In this document: piece by piece, positions 13,106 to 22,989 of the stretch
Numbering within the stretch: the stretch's first letter is position 1
How the letters are laid out: every line of letters starts with the position of its first letter
Origin: Carcharhinus longimanus
Taxonomy: Eukaryota
NCBI GenBank assembly: GCA_030264375.1
Contig: JASCQW010000162.1
Location: forward strand, 41,521,786-41,585,785
Direction of reading: 5' to 3'
Length of the DNA stretch: 64,000 nucleotides
Translations under genes and position numbers: made by a program
The notes under the pieces: generated by a model
Seen by the model: the letters and a program-made list of their open reading frames with translations, nothing else
What the model was told of the DNA's origin: nothing
Databases searched by the model: none

Positions 13106-13747
13106 CCACATGTGTGATCTCGTAGTCTGGAATAATCCATCCAACCACAAACCTTTAGAACTAGGGATTTCAGTACTTTAATTTACTCATGCACCCAATT
13201 GGGGAAAAGAGGGAAAGTCGCATCATGGATGGTTCTATACAGACATAATGGGCCGAATGACCTCTGGTGTTGTCAGATTCTATGAAATAGCCAAACTATT
13301 AGCATTTACGTGACCACACTGTTTCAAATTGGAACACACAAAAACACAAAATGTAGCAAGCAGTAAAAAAAGACTGCGTAAGAGTAACTATGATTTAGGT
13401 TCAAACAACTGTAAACAAAAGTCTCTTGTACTTCGACCAAGTGATTAAAAAAATGTTGACAAATGCTCTTGGATTGTCTTTCTCGTCCGTTGAAATAACG
13501 AGACCATAACTCAAAACATTGCAAATCGGGAGGTGGGTTACTGAACCGAACTGAACAAAAAGTAAATATAACGTTGTATTTGCAACTGCTTACAGGCTAT
13601 CTTCACCTTACCTGGGGTGGCTGCATATACAACACGCAAACACTGCTTCACGACCAATAAATGGAACCTCGCAGCGAGGAACAGATAATTGTACCTGAGA
13701 GCACGACTTCTCTTGGCTCACATCAGATATTTCCCAGCACTGATGGG

Positions 13748-13757
13748 ATTATGTAAC
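13748..13757. promoter_or_regulatory. D-box (PAR-bZIP/E4BP4 site) ATTATGTAAC in proximal intron 1
   Basis: Perfect RTTAYGTAAY match about 200 nt past the predicted exon 1 donor. Confidence 0.65.
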
Positions 13758-13899
13758 TGCTCTCTTAAACAGAGAGCCACAATCCATTTATTAAAGCCAC
13801 AGACACCCAAACGATTCCGACTACACCTTATCGTACTCTTCTTAGAAATCGAAAGCCTCGCATGACAGGTGCACATTTAACTCATATCAGGAACAACTA

Positions 13900-14450
13900 A
13901 CATTTTTCCTCAACCTTATGCGTGCTGAGGTAAAATGCAAAAGCTTACCCGTTTTCAGCTGTGGTTCTCCTGCATGCTCTTCGCCGCCACAACACAAGGC
14001 AATCCTCTCTACTCGCAGTGTTGCACTTGGTTCGCGCGGCTGCACGCACCAGGGAACGTGACAGATCCCGCCCCTCGCAGGCTTCCCATTGGCTCGCATC
14101 CCCCGTGCCCAGGGCACCAGACCATTGTTGCGTCAGGGAGGCTGCTGATCGGCGCGCTGCCATTGGTCGCTCTGACTGCCAATCTGCCACCCTGGCTACA
14201 CAACCTTCACGTGGATTCCAATGTGTTTGTCCTCGGGCTGCACAACGTTCCAGAGCCCCACCGCCCTGCAAGTTGCTGCTGCCAGTACCCATCCGTCAGC
14301 TTTACTGATTGCTTTCTGCCCCGGCGCTCTGGCATTGGCTCTCCAACCCCATGCTTTTAGCAAGCGTGACTTACACAAGGTGTGGCTGAGGGTCAGGTGG
14401 CTGGCAGTAGCACGAAAGGTGCTGTCGCAGACGTAAACAAAGGCTCGGAA
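13900..14450 (-). promoter_or_regulatory. CpG-rich Period promoter: E'-box pair CACGTT-N6-TGCGTG (14060-14043, minus), CCAAT boxes (14088-14092, 14162-14166, 14179-14183), E-box pair CACGTG-N6-AATGTG (14208-14225, plus)
   Basis: Motifs read directly. Local CpG enrichment against a CpG-depleted background. Layout resembles the mammalian Per2 proximal CACGTT-N6-TATGTG element. Confidence 0.8.
13949..14035 (-). other. PER2: Predicted non-coding exon 1 of the Period gene (5' end approximate)
   Basis: Strong donor CGG|GTAAGC at 13949/13948, just downstream of a CACGTT E'-box inside a locally CpG-rich island. TSS inferred, not observed. Confidence 0.55.
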
Positions 14451-14984
14451 TTTGCTGCATAATGGCGAGTTTTATTCATGCAAAAAAAACCCTGCAATTT
14501 GTGGCCAGTAAATCATACATCATGGGAAGAATAATGACTCAGAATAGTTTGCACCCCTGTCTTCGCAAAATCGCCAGCAACCTACCCAAATATCAACAAA
14601 TTGCTGCAAACGAATTGCAACAAAAACGAATTACACTCACCCTGAAAAGTTATAACTGCTTAAAAATCTCGTCAGTATGGCCCTGACATCTTGCAATTAG
14701 CAAGATCCATTGTCCTGACATGATACTCATTCCTGGAGGCCAGAGAAAACAATTAAAGCTGGATTCTTATTCCTGCAGGCAGTAAATTGTTCCTAAATTT
14801 TATTTTAAAGGAAGAAATACGTTTTTTTTTTGTTTTACTTTCTGGTTTGTTTCTCTCCATTAAATTTTTTTAAACTCAATTTTTCTTTCTACATGTAATT
14901 TAACTCAAATTCAGCCTGTTGACTTTGCCGTTGTTTGCTATTTTTTATCCTTAGATTTAGTTTCTTAAGAAGAGACTATTGAGC

Positions 14985-15122
14985 CTTAATAAAACAGAAC
15001 ATGCTGAAAAATCTCAGCAGGTTTGATTGCATCTGTGGACCTAACGTTTTACTACCTGCTGAGATTTTCCAGCATTTTCTGTTTCTATTTCAGATTTCAG
15101 TATCCACAGTAATTTGCTTTTA
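14985..15122. mobile_element. Short hairpin-shaped Penelope-like element remnant
   Basis: Inverted arms ATGCTGAAAAATCTCAGCAGGT / ACCTGCTGAGATTTTCCAGCAT; same family as 12954-13105 and 21757-22047. Confidence 0.65.
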
Positions 15123-15419
15123 GGCTATTGATCCTGTTGTTCACAAGTCATAGGTGCTCCTTATACTATCCAGCACAACACATCTGCAACAGCTCCCTGA
15201 ATGAGCGACTCACTTTGCGCCATTCTCCTGCCTTCTTCTCTGAATCTTCTACATTCAGCCTGGTTCTCAATTGTATTTTCTATCTTACATTTGTCATAAG
15301 CATACACAACATGGACTGCCGGGGTTCAAGCTCACTGCCACCTTCTCAAGGGCAATTAGGGATGGGTAATAAATGCTGGCAATATCCAGTAATATTAATA
15401 AAACATTTTTTCTTCCTTA

Positions 15420-15960
15420 TCATAGAATCCCTATGGTGCAGAACGAGGCTTTTTGGTCCATGGAGCCTGCACCGACAACAATCCCACCCAGGCCCGAACT
15501 CCATAGCCCCACATATTTACCCTAGTCCCACTGACATTAAGGGACACTTTTGCATGGTTGATCAATCTAACCTACATTTCTTTGGAGTGTGGGAGGAAAC
15601 TGGAACATTAAGAGGGAACCCTCGCTGACACAGGGACAATGTGCAAGCTCCACATTGAACCCAGGTCACTGACACGAGGCAGTAGTGTTAACCATTCTGC
15701 CACCATGCTGTCCTCATCTTAATTTCTATGTCTGTTGTCATCCAGGGTGTTATAGGGTCGTAGAGATTTACAGCATGGAAACAGGCCCTTTGGCCCAAAT
15801 TGTCCATGCCCACCCCTTTTTTAACCCCTAAGTTAGTCCCAATTGCCTTTGTTTGGCCCATACCCCTCTTCCCCATCTTACCTATGTAACTGTCTAAACG
15901 CATTTTAAATGACAAAATTGTACCCGTCTCTATGGCTACCTCTGGCAACTTGTTCCCACA
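15420..15960 (-). mobile_element. HE1-type SINE (15420-15710) and CR1 3' end (15750-15960)
   Basis: SINE consensus blocks; 'GTILSFKMRLDSY.GKMG' CR1 terminus shared with 21400-21570. Confidence 0.8.
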
Positions 15961-16089
15961 CTCCTGTCACCTTAGTTTAATTTCTCCCAATAAGATTAGC
16001 AAAATACCCCACACAATTCTCAGTCCTGAGTCTATTTAGGTGCTACAAGATACAGATACTTTGTCCTGGAACGAAGTATTGCATCTTTA

Positions 16090-16900
16090 CTCCAGGTCAC
16101 ACTAGCCTGCTAGAAGTGGTTAGTAAATCCTGTTACTTGGGTCCATGATAACAAACAATCTGTCCCCTGATGCAGAATTTCACGTACACATAGAGAAAAC
16201 AGCTAAAATTTTTGGCCACCTCATAAAATGTCCATGGAATAACATCAAGCTGACCTGTAGGACCAAGTTGATGGTTTATAAGACCTATGTCCTCAGCACC
16301 TTGCTGAATGGTCATGAAACATGGATGACTGACAGCTACCAGGAAAAGAAATTCAATAATTTCCAACTTTGTTTTCTGTGATACATTATGGGTATATCCT
16401 GGCAAGTAAAAATTACGAATCCAGTAATCCTCTAAATGTAGAGATGCCAGCATTGGACTGGGGTAAACACAGTAAGAAGACCCACTCATCTGACAAAGGA
16501 GCAGTGCTCTGAAAGCTAGTGGCATTTCCTACCAAATAAACCTGTTGGATTTAACCTGGTGTTGTGAGACTTCTTATTGTAATCCTCTCTAAGACAGAGC
16601 TCTCTAACAGCACTCATCTAACAGAGGCGGCTCCATTGACTGAGGCCCATCTAGAAGACGGAAGATGCGCATACATTCAGGAAATTTCTATACACTGAAG
16701 GGGCTGGAGGTAGACTATAAGGAGGTCACCCAAAGTGTTGCTTTGAGGATTGCAAATGTGACGTGAAGGCCCTAACCACTCCCACAAGTCACTAGCCCAC
16801 CTCCTTGGGCTGGTAATGATGAGCAGGGGCTCCAAAAAATTGGCTACAGACTGCCATTGCCAAAAACCTTTGCAGATAGAAGGATGCCGATACATGCGAG
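16090..16900 (+). mobile_element. Decayed RTE-clade LINE RT fragment
   Basis: Translation 'ITNNLS.DAE...TKLMVYKTYVLSTLL.G.ETW' is typical of RTE/BovB-like RT C-terminus. Confidence 0.75.
16434..16578 (+). mobile_element. 145-nt Penelope-derived insertion with degenerate hammerhead core, TSD GTAATCCTCT
   Basis: 10-bp direct repeats at 16424-16433 and 16579-16588; CTGACAA-AGGAGC-AGT-GCTCT-GAAAGCT core. Confidence 0.75.
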
Positions 16901-19571
16901 TATCTGATCACTAGCATTCAATGCAATAGTTGCACCACTGGACAGTGTTCAGAGGCTTGACAACTGGAAAATTCTGTGCAGTATTAAAGCTGGAAGGAAA
17001 CCTGAACTTCATGGATTAAATTCACTCTACATTTTTATGACCAACCTTGGCATAACTACTAAAGATAAATTTGACTTCCATCCAAAAGTTTTAATTTTAT
17101 CATCTTCTGTAAGGAACGTATTCTAAGAAAGGTATTTTGATCAGTTATAGTCCAACTCTTATGTATTGAAATATTATATTGATCTAGTATCTTACCATAT
17201 CATATGACAACAGGGCATTATGCAATCTGTAAATAAATCTGACTAATTAGCTTTAGCATGTACACAATGTTCCCCTGGTGTACTATGTTCTGCCTTTTGG
17301 GAGAGGCATAAGAATGCGGAAGGCTTTCAAGTAATCTCTGATTTACTGTGACATAATTAAGGGGCAATTGTTAACCATGGACATTTTTTTCCATACATAG
17401 CACATGTTTCAGAATGTGGGACATGGCACATAAATAGAGACTGCCTTTGTTTGATAAGTGCACAAATAAAGTACTTACAATCTATGGGACTGAACTTTAT
17501 GCTCCTTGTTCGGTGGGTTTTGGAGTGAAGGATGCTCTGCAAAATTCCTTGGTGGCCTTACCATTGCCTTCCTGCCTGCAACTTTATGATCTGATTGATG
17601 AGACTAAGGCCACTTGCTTGTCTTTGTCCCAGTTGAAGCCCTTAAGTGGGCAATTAATGATCACTTAAGGGCAAATTCCAACCCAGACTCAATCTTCAAG
17701 CTGGTAAGAGTTCAGGAGTCGGAGATGCCCAGAAAGTCACCCTGCTCAGGCCTCAGACCAGAAGTGGGGGATGGAGTGTTTCCTTCAATGGTCTCCTTTT
17801 CACATTGCGCACCACACCCCCACATCCCCACAACAAGGTTTGCCCCATGGGTGCACGGTCCCTTGTCCCTACAGCCTCTTCACCTCATTCTCTGCATCTG
17901 CCTCTGGCCTCAGCTGCTCTCTTTGCCACATACCCTTCTTTCTGCACTTACCTGATCTTGGACTGTGGGACTTTGAATCTGGGACTGCTTGTCGTCTCAG
18001 TCCTGAACACTGCTCTGCTAGCATCCTGGGTTGAATCATATTGACGAGCAGCTCTTCGCGATGAAATATGGAAGTCTTGCCTCTAGCTAAATAATGGTTG
18101 TGGGGCAGCCAGTATGAGCAGGGATGCATTCACCACTGTCAGAGGCTTGAGAATTGGAAAATTCTGTGCAGTATTAGGAAACCTGAACTTCATGGATTGA
18201 ATTCAGCTCTGTATTTTTATGACAAACCTTGGCATAACTACTAAAGATAACATTAAAACTCCCTGTTATTCACTCATTTTTAAACCAATACCTCAAACAG
18301 ATTGTAATTGCAATTCCTTTTTGTGTACACTAATTTCTGTTTTCCTTTTTCACCTACCTATGAATTTTCTTTCCAAAAAGTGCAAAATTTAACATTATTT
18401 TCACAAGTTGGAGTATCCTGGGAGAAGAACTGATGTTCAACTGGCAAGGGTATTGCTCAATTTCCAGATTTTTCTAGGATTTATATGTTTTTTATTTCCA
18501 GGCTTCACTCACAATGGAAATAATGGCAGTGTTGAATTTAAGAAGGGCAATTACAAACAGGTGATCACTGCTGTTATACAATACTCAACCTTTACAATGG
18601 CATTTTTACATTAACATATTAATTTCATTCACACTGCTCATGTTTGTCAAGGGTAAAATCTCATTAAGGGAACAAATCGCCATTTGGTATTCAAACTTTG
18701 AAATTACAAATACCAAAGATCAAATTTAAGCTCTGCAGTTCTGTCGCATCAGGAGGCTGCACAAATATCCCCATCCTCAATGATGGGTGAGCCAGCACAT
18801 CAGTGCAAAAGACAAAGTTAAAGCAACCAACCAACTTTAGCTAGAGGTGCCGGGTGAATGATCCATCTTGGGCTCCTCCAGAGATCTCCAGCATCATAGG
18901 TGCTGGTCATCAGCTAATTCAATTCACTCCATGTGATATCAAAAAATGGCTGAAGACATGGGACATTGCAAATGCTATGTGGATCCTGATAACATTCTGG
19001 TGTCACAGTGAGACGTGATGTAAAATATATGTATTTATTCATCAACTGGAATTTTTTATAAAGTATTTGTTTCTCTGTGCTGTTAAAAATAGAGAATTGT
19101 TGAACTAACACATGGTTCATCCAATCACATGATGGCCTCAGCAATTTCAAGATAACAATGGCCATGGCAGCAAGGAATCTACTACAACTACCATTGCACA
19201 AAGGAAAATCTTCACAAGACATAGACCCAGAATCTCCGATCTCACCTGCAATGGGATTCTCCAGACTGAGCCCCAAATATGCTGTTCTCATCAATAACGG
19301 CGTTGGCTTTGAATGACAGGCAAACTCTGGCCAACAATTCCCACAATGGGGTTAATGGTGAAAGCATTATTAAACCTAACACCAGGGATTAAACAAAGGG
19401 AGGGGCAATCAGTTGACATGACACCAGTATCTCCAAAAACAACACCTAGATTCCAGCCGTGGAAACATGCACTCTGAGTCCAACGTTGAGAGGATGTCAC
19501 ATGGCCTTCCTTACACCCACTCCCCTCAAACACACATAGGCCCTGTGATAATATCTGCTGGAATTTAACAT

Positions 19572-19905
19572 GGGCAGCAAGGTGGCAGTGGTTAGCATTG
19601 CTGCCTCACAGCTCCAGAGATCTGAGTTCAATTTCAGCTTTGGTGACTGTGTGTGTAGTGTTTGCATATTCTCCCCATGTCTGCATGGGTATCCTCCACA
19701 TGCTACAGTTTCTTCCCACAAAAATACGCAGGTTAGGTTGATAAGCCATGCTAAATTGCCCCTTAGTATCCAAAGATGGATTAGCCATGATAAATGTGAA
19801 AGATTATAGGGAAAGGATGGGAGGGAGTGCCTGTGTAAAATACTGTCTCAAGGAGTGCAGACTCAATGGGCCAAATGGTCTCTTCTGCACTGTAGGGATT
19901 CTATG
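19572..19905 (+). mobile_element. HE1/V-SINE, near full length
   Basis: tRNA-like head, V-domain and CTGCACTGTAGGGATTCTATG tail. Confidence 0.85.
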
Positions 19906-19955
19906 ATTAACTCAGGCATGTTTGATCAATGAAGTGAACAAACAAAATTCCAGGC

Positions 19956-19974
19956 GAGAGAGAGAGAGAGAGAG

Positions 19975-20009
<35 letters not shown>
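19956..20009. repeat. Compound (GA)n(GT)n microsatellite
   Basis: Read directly. Confidence 0.95.
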
Positions 20010-20013
<4 letters not shown>

Positions 20014-20298
20014 GAGAGAGAGTGTGACTCTGCTTCCCAGTTGGCTGGACAACTCCCTGTTGCGTGACATGCCTGTTCTCCTGTGGGATTAGCTGTGTCT
20101 GGGCGAACCAGCCTGGCATGTTGCCCAGGGAAACAAACCATCCCTTGGCTCAGTGCCTGCCTTCCTGGTATCTCCACTTTCCCCACAGCGCTTGTGTGTG
20201 CGTGTCAGCATTCCAGCAGCACCAATGGATCCGCACAGGCATGGGTGACTCAACACAGTCACTCCAGCACACACCGTCACACTGTCCCTGACCGTGTG

Positions 20299-20427
20299 CC
20301 CTCTTTAAACAGAGTCCCTGACGGAGAGACTCCCCCTTTAAACAGAGTCCCTGACGGAGAGACTCCCCCTTTAAACAGAACCCCTGATGGAGAGACTCCC
20401 CCTTTAAACAGAGTCCCTGATGGAGAC
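20299..20427. repeat. 33-bp minisatellite, about 4 copies (CCCCTTTAAACAGAGTCCCTGACGGAGAGACTC)
   Basis: Read directly; few substitutions between units. Confidence 0.92.
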
Positions 20428-20459
20428 TTTATCCCTAGTTAAACAAGTGGGTTAAGTCT

Positions 20460-21572
20460 GGCATCTAAATGGATACAAAATTGGCTTGTGGATGTAGAGA
20501 GTTGTTTTTCAAACTGGAGGCCTGTGACCAGCGGTGTGCCTCAGGGATCAGTGCCGGGCCCACTGTTATTTGTCATTTATATTAATGATTTGGATGAGAA
20601 TATAGGAGGCATGGTTAGTAAGTTTGCAGATGACACCAAGATTGGTGGCACAGTGGACAGTGAGGAAGGTTATCTCTGATTGCAATGGGATCGTGACCAA
20701 TTGGCCAGTGGGCTGACGAATGGCAGATGGAGTTTAATTTAGATAAATGCGAAGCCATGCATTTTAGTAGATTGAACCAGGGCAGGACTTAATCAGTTAA
20801 TGGTAGGGCACTGGGGAGAGTTACAAAACAAAGAGTCTAGAGGTACATGTTCATTGCTCCTTGAAAGTGGAGTCACAAGTGGACAGAGTGGTGAAGAAGG
20901 CATTTGGCATGCTCGGTTTCATTGGTCAGAACATTGAATATAGAAGTTGGGTCATCTTGTTAAAGTTGTACAAGACAAAAGGGTCTAAGCAGGATAGTTC
21001 TATCACTGATCCAGCACAGGCACGATAGGCTGAATGGCCCCCTTCAGCGCTGTGTGATTCACTTAGAATAATGTGCAGATCTGGTCACCCTATTGTAGAA
21101 AGGATATTATTAAACCAGAAAGAGTGCAGAAAACATTTACTCAGATGCTACCAGGGCTTGATGGTTTGAGTTATAAGGAGAAGCTGGATAGACTGGGACT
21201 TTGTTCCCTGGAGCTTAGGAGGCTGAGGTGTGATCTTACTGAGGTGTATTAGATCATAGATCAGCGAGATGGTTAATATCTTTTCCCAAAGGTGGGGGAG
21301 TCTAAAACTTGTGGGCATAGGTTTAAGGTGAGAGAGATGAGATACAGAAGTGTCCAGAGGGGCAATATTTTCACACAGATGGTGATAAGTAGTAGAATTT
21401 TGTCTTTTCAAAAACATTTAGACAGTTACAGGGGTAAGATGGGATGGAGGGATGTGGGCCAAATGCAGGCAATTGGGACCAGTTTAGGTATTTAAAAAAA
21501 AGAGCAACATGGACAAATTGGGCTGAAGGGTTTGCTTCCATGCTGTAAACCTTTATGACTCTATGACTCTAT
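20460..21572 (+). mobile_element. 5'-truncated CR1 (HER1-like) LINE, RT domain to 3' tail
   Basis: [22 protein letters not shown]...[11 protein letters not shown]; frameshifts and stops; (ATGACTCT)n tail. Confidence 0.93.
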
Positions 21573-21756
21573 GAGGTCAGGGGCGGGCATCATAGAGTGA
21601 TAGAATCCTACAGTGCAGAAGGAGCCCATTCGGTCCATCAAATCTGCACTGACCTCAAAGAAAGATGCTCGCTAATGATTGCTCAATGTTTGGCATCGTT
21701 TGTGACTGCTTAGATACAGAAGCAGTCTCTGTCCAAATGCAACAAAACCTGAAAAA

Positions 21757-22887
21757 TATAAAAGCAAAATACTGTGGATGCTGGAATCTGAAAGAAAAAA
21801 AAGAAAATGTTGGAAAAACTCAACAGGTCTGCCAGCTTCTGTGGGGAGAGAATAGAGTAAGAAGTCTCACAACTCCGGGTTAAAGTCCAACAAGTTTATT
21901 TGGTAGCCACTAATTTTCGGAGCGCTGTTCCTTCATCGGGTGAGTGGGATACTGTGAGTGTGTCTTACCCCAGTCCAAAGCCAACATCTCCACATCAGGG
22001 AGAGAATAGAGTCAACGTTTCGAGTCTGGATGACCCTTCATCAGAATAGAAAGCACATAGAAACACAGAAACCCTCCAGTGCAGAAAGAGCCCATCGAGT
22101 CTGCACTGACCACAATCCCATCCAGGCCCTACCCCCATATCCCAACATATTTATCCACTATTCCCTCTAACCTACACATCTCAGGACACTAAGGGACAAT
22201 TATACCATGACCAATCAACCTAACCCGCACTTCTTTCGACCGGTTGGACCTGAGAGAGTGAAATGCTGCAAGTTCGGAAAGAGAAATGTTAAAGGAGCAG
22301 AGGAGTTGAGACGACCGATGGCAAGCTGACAATTCTCATAAAATAGAATCCATACAGTGCAAATGAAGAGATCAAGAGTAAGAGGCCAGAGGGCAGGGTC
22401 CAGGTGGAGAGGAAATGTTAGAGGTGGGTTGAAGGATCTGCTGAATTGGGGGAGGACTCCTACCCAAAGAAGTGAGCATGGAGACGAAGGTGGCAGAAGA
22501 CGAGTTCAGCATCATGCTGAGCCCAAAATCCATTGAGGTGAAGACATAAAGGTACGAAGTCAAGTCCTTTGCTGAGTACAGCACTCAGCCTCAGAGAGGA
22601 CAAGGTCAGAGAATGTGGTGAACAAGTAGCAAGGGCTGGGGCTAGGAGGGATGGGACCCAAGGGACGTGAGGAAGTGGAGGATCTTGGAAAGGTGTTGGT
22701 ATCGATGAGTTGTTGGAGCTTGTGTTCCTTAACACCTAAAAGGAAGAGAAAAGGTTCTTACTGATGCATCGGATGGGACGAAGAATGAAGTGAATCTGGG
22801 GATGAGGCCAGCTTTGAGAAAGAGTGAGTTGGTGGAGAGATATTGAACATGTGCATTTGGCCCTGCATGGCACTGAGCGTGGATCTC
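21757..22887 (-). mobile_element. Fragmented Penelope-like element (pLTR with hammerhead core plus ORF remnant), containing a nested second PLE mini-element (21859-21997) and a SINE (22048-22219)
   Basis: ORF remnant 'AVLSKGLDFVPL..HLN.F.A.HDAEL.F..LRLHAHFFG' resembles PLE ORFs; CTGATGA...GAAAC core at 22044-22017. Confidence 0.7.
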
Positions 22888-22989
22888 NNNNNNNNNNNNN
22901 NNNNNNNNNNNNNNNNNNNNNNNNNNNNNNNNNNNNNNNNNNNNNNNNNNNNNNNNNNNNNNNNNNNNNNNNNNNNNNNNNNNNNNNGT

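Noticed and set aside
13612-13700. Additional donor sites (CAG|GTAAGG at 13612, CAG|GTACAA near 13695) as an alternative first exon
   Set aside because: Plausible but there is no independent support; the 13949 donor fits the E'-box position better.
13887-14436. Cluster of overlapping 64-141 aa ORFs on both strands
   Set aside because: Explained by the stop-poor GC/CpG-rich promoter; no recognisable protein.
20299-20427. 33-bp repeats as a CRISPR-like array or repeat protein (PLNRVPDGETP)
   Set aside because: Units are contiguous with no unique spacers and this is eukaryotic DNA; simple minisatellite.
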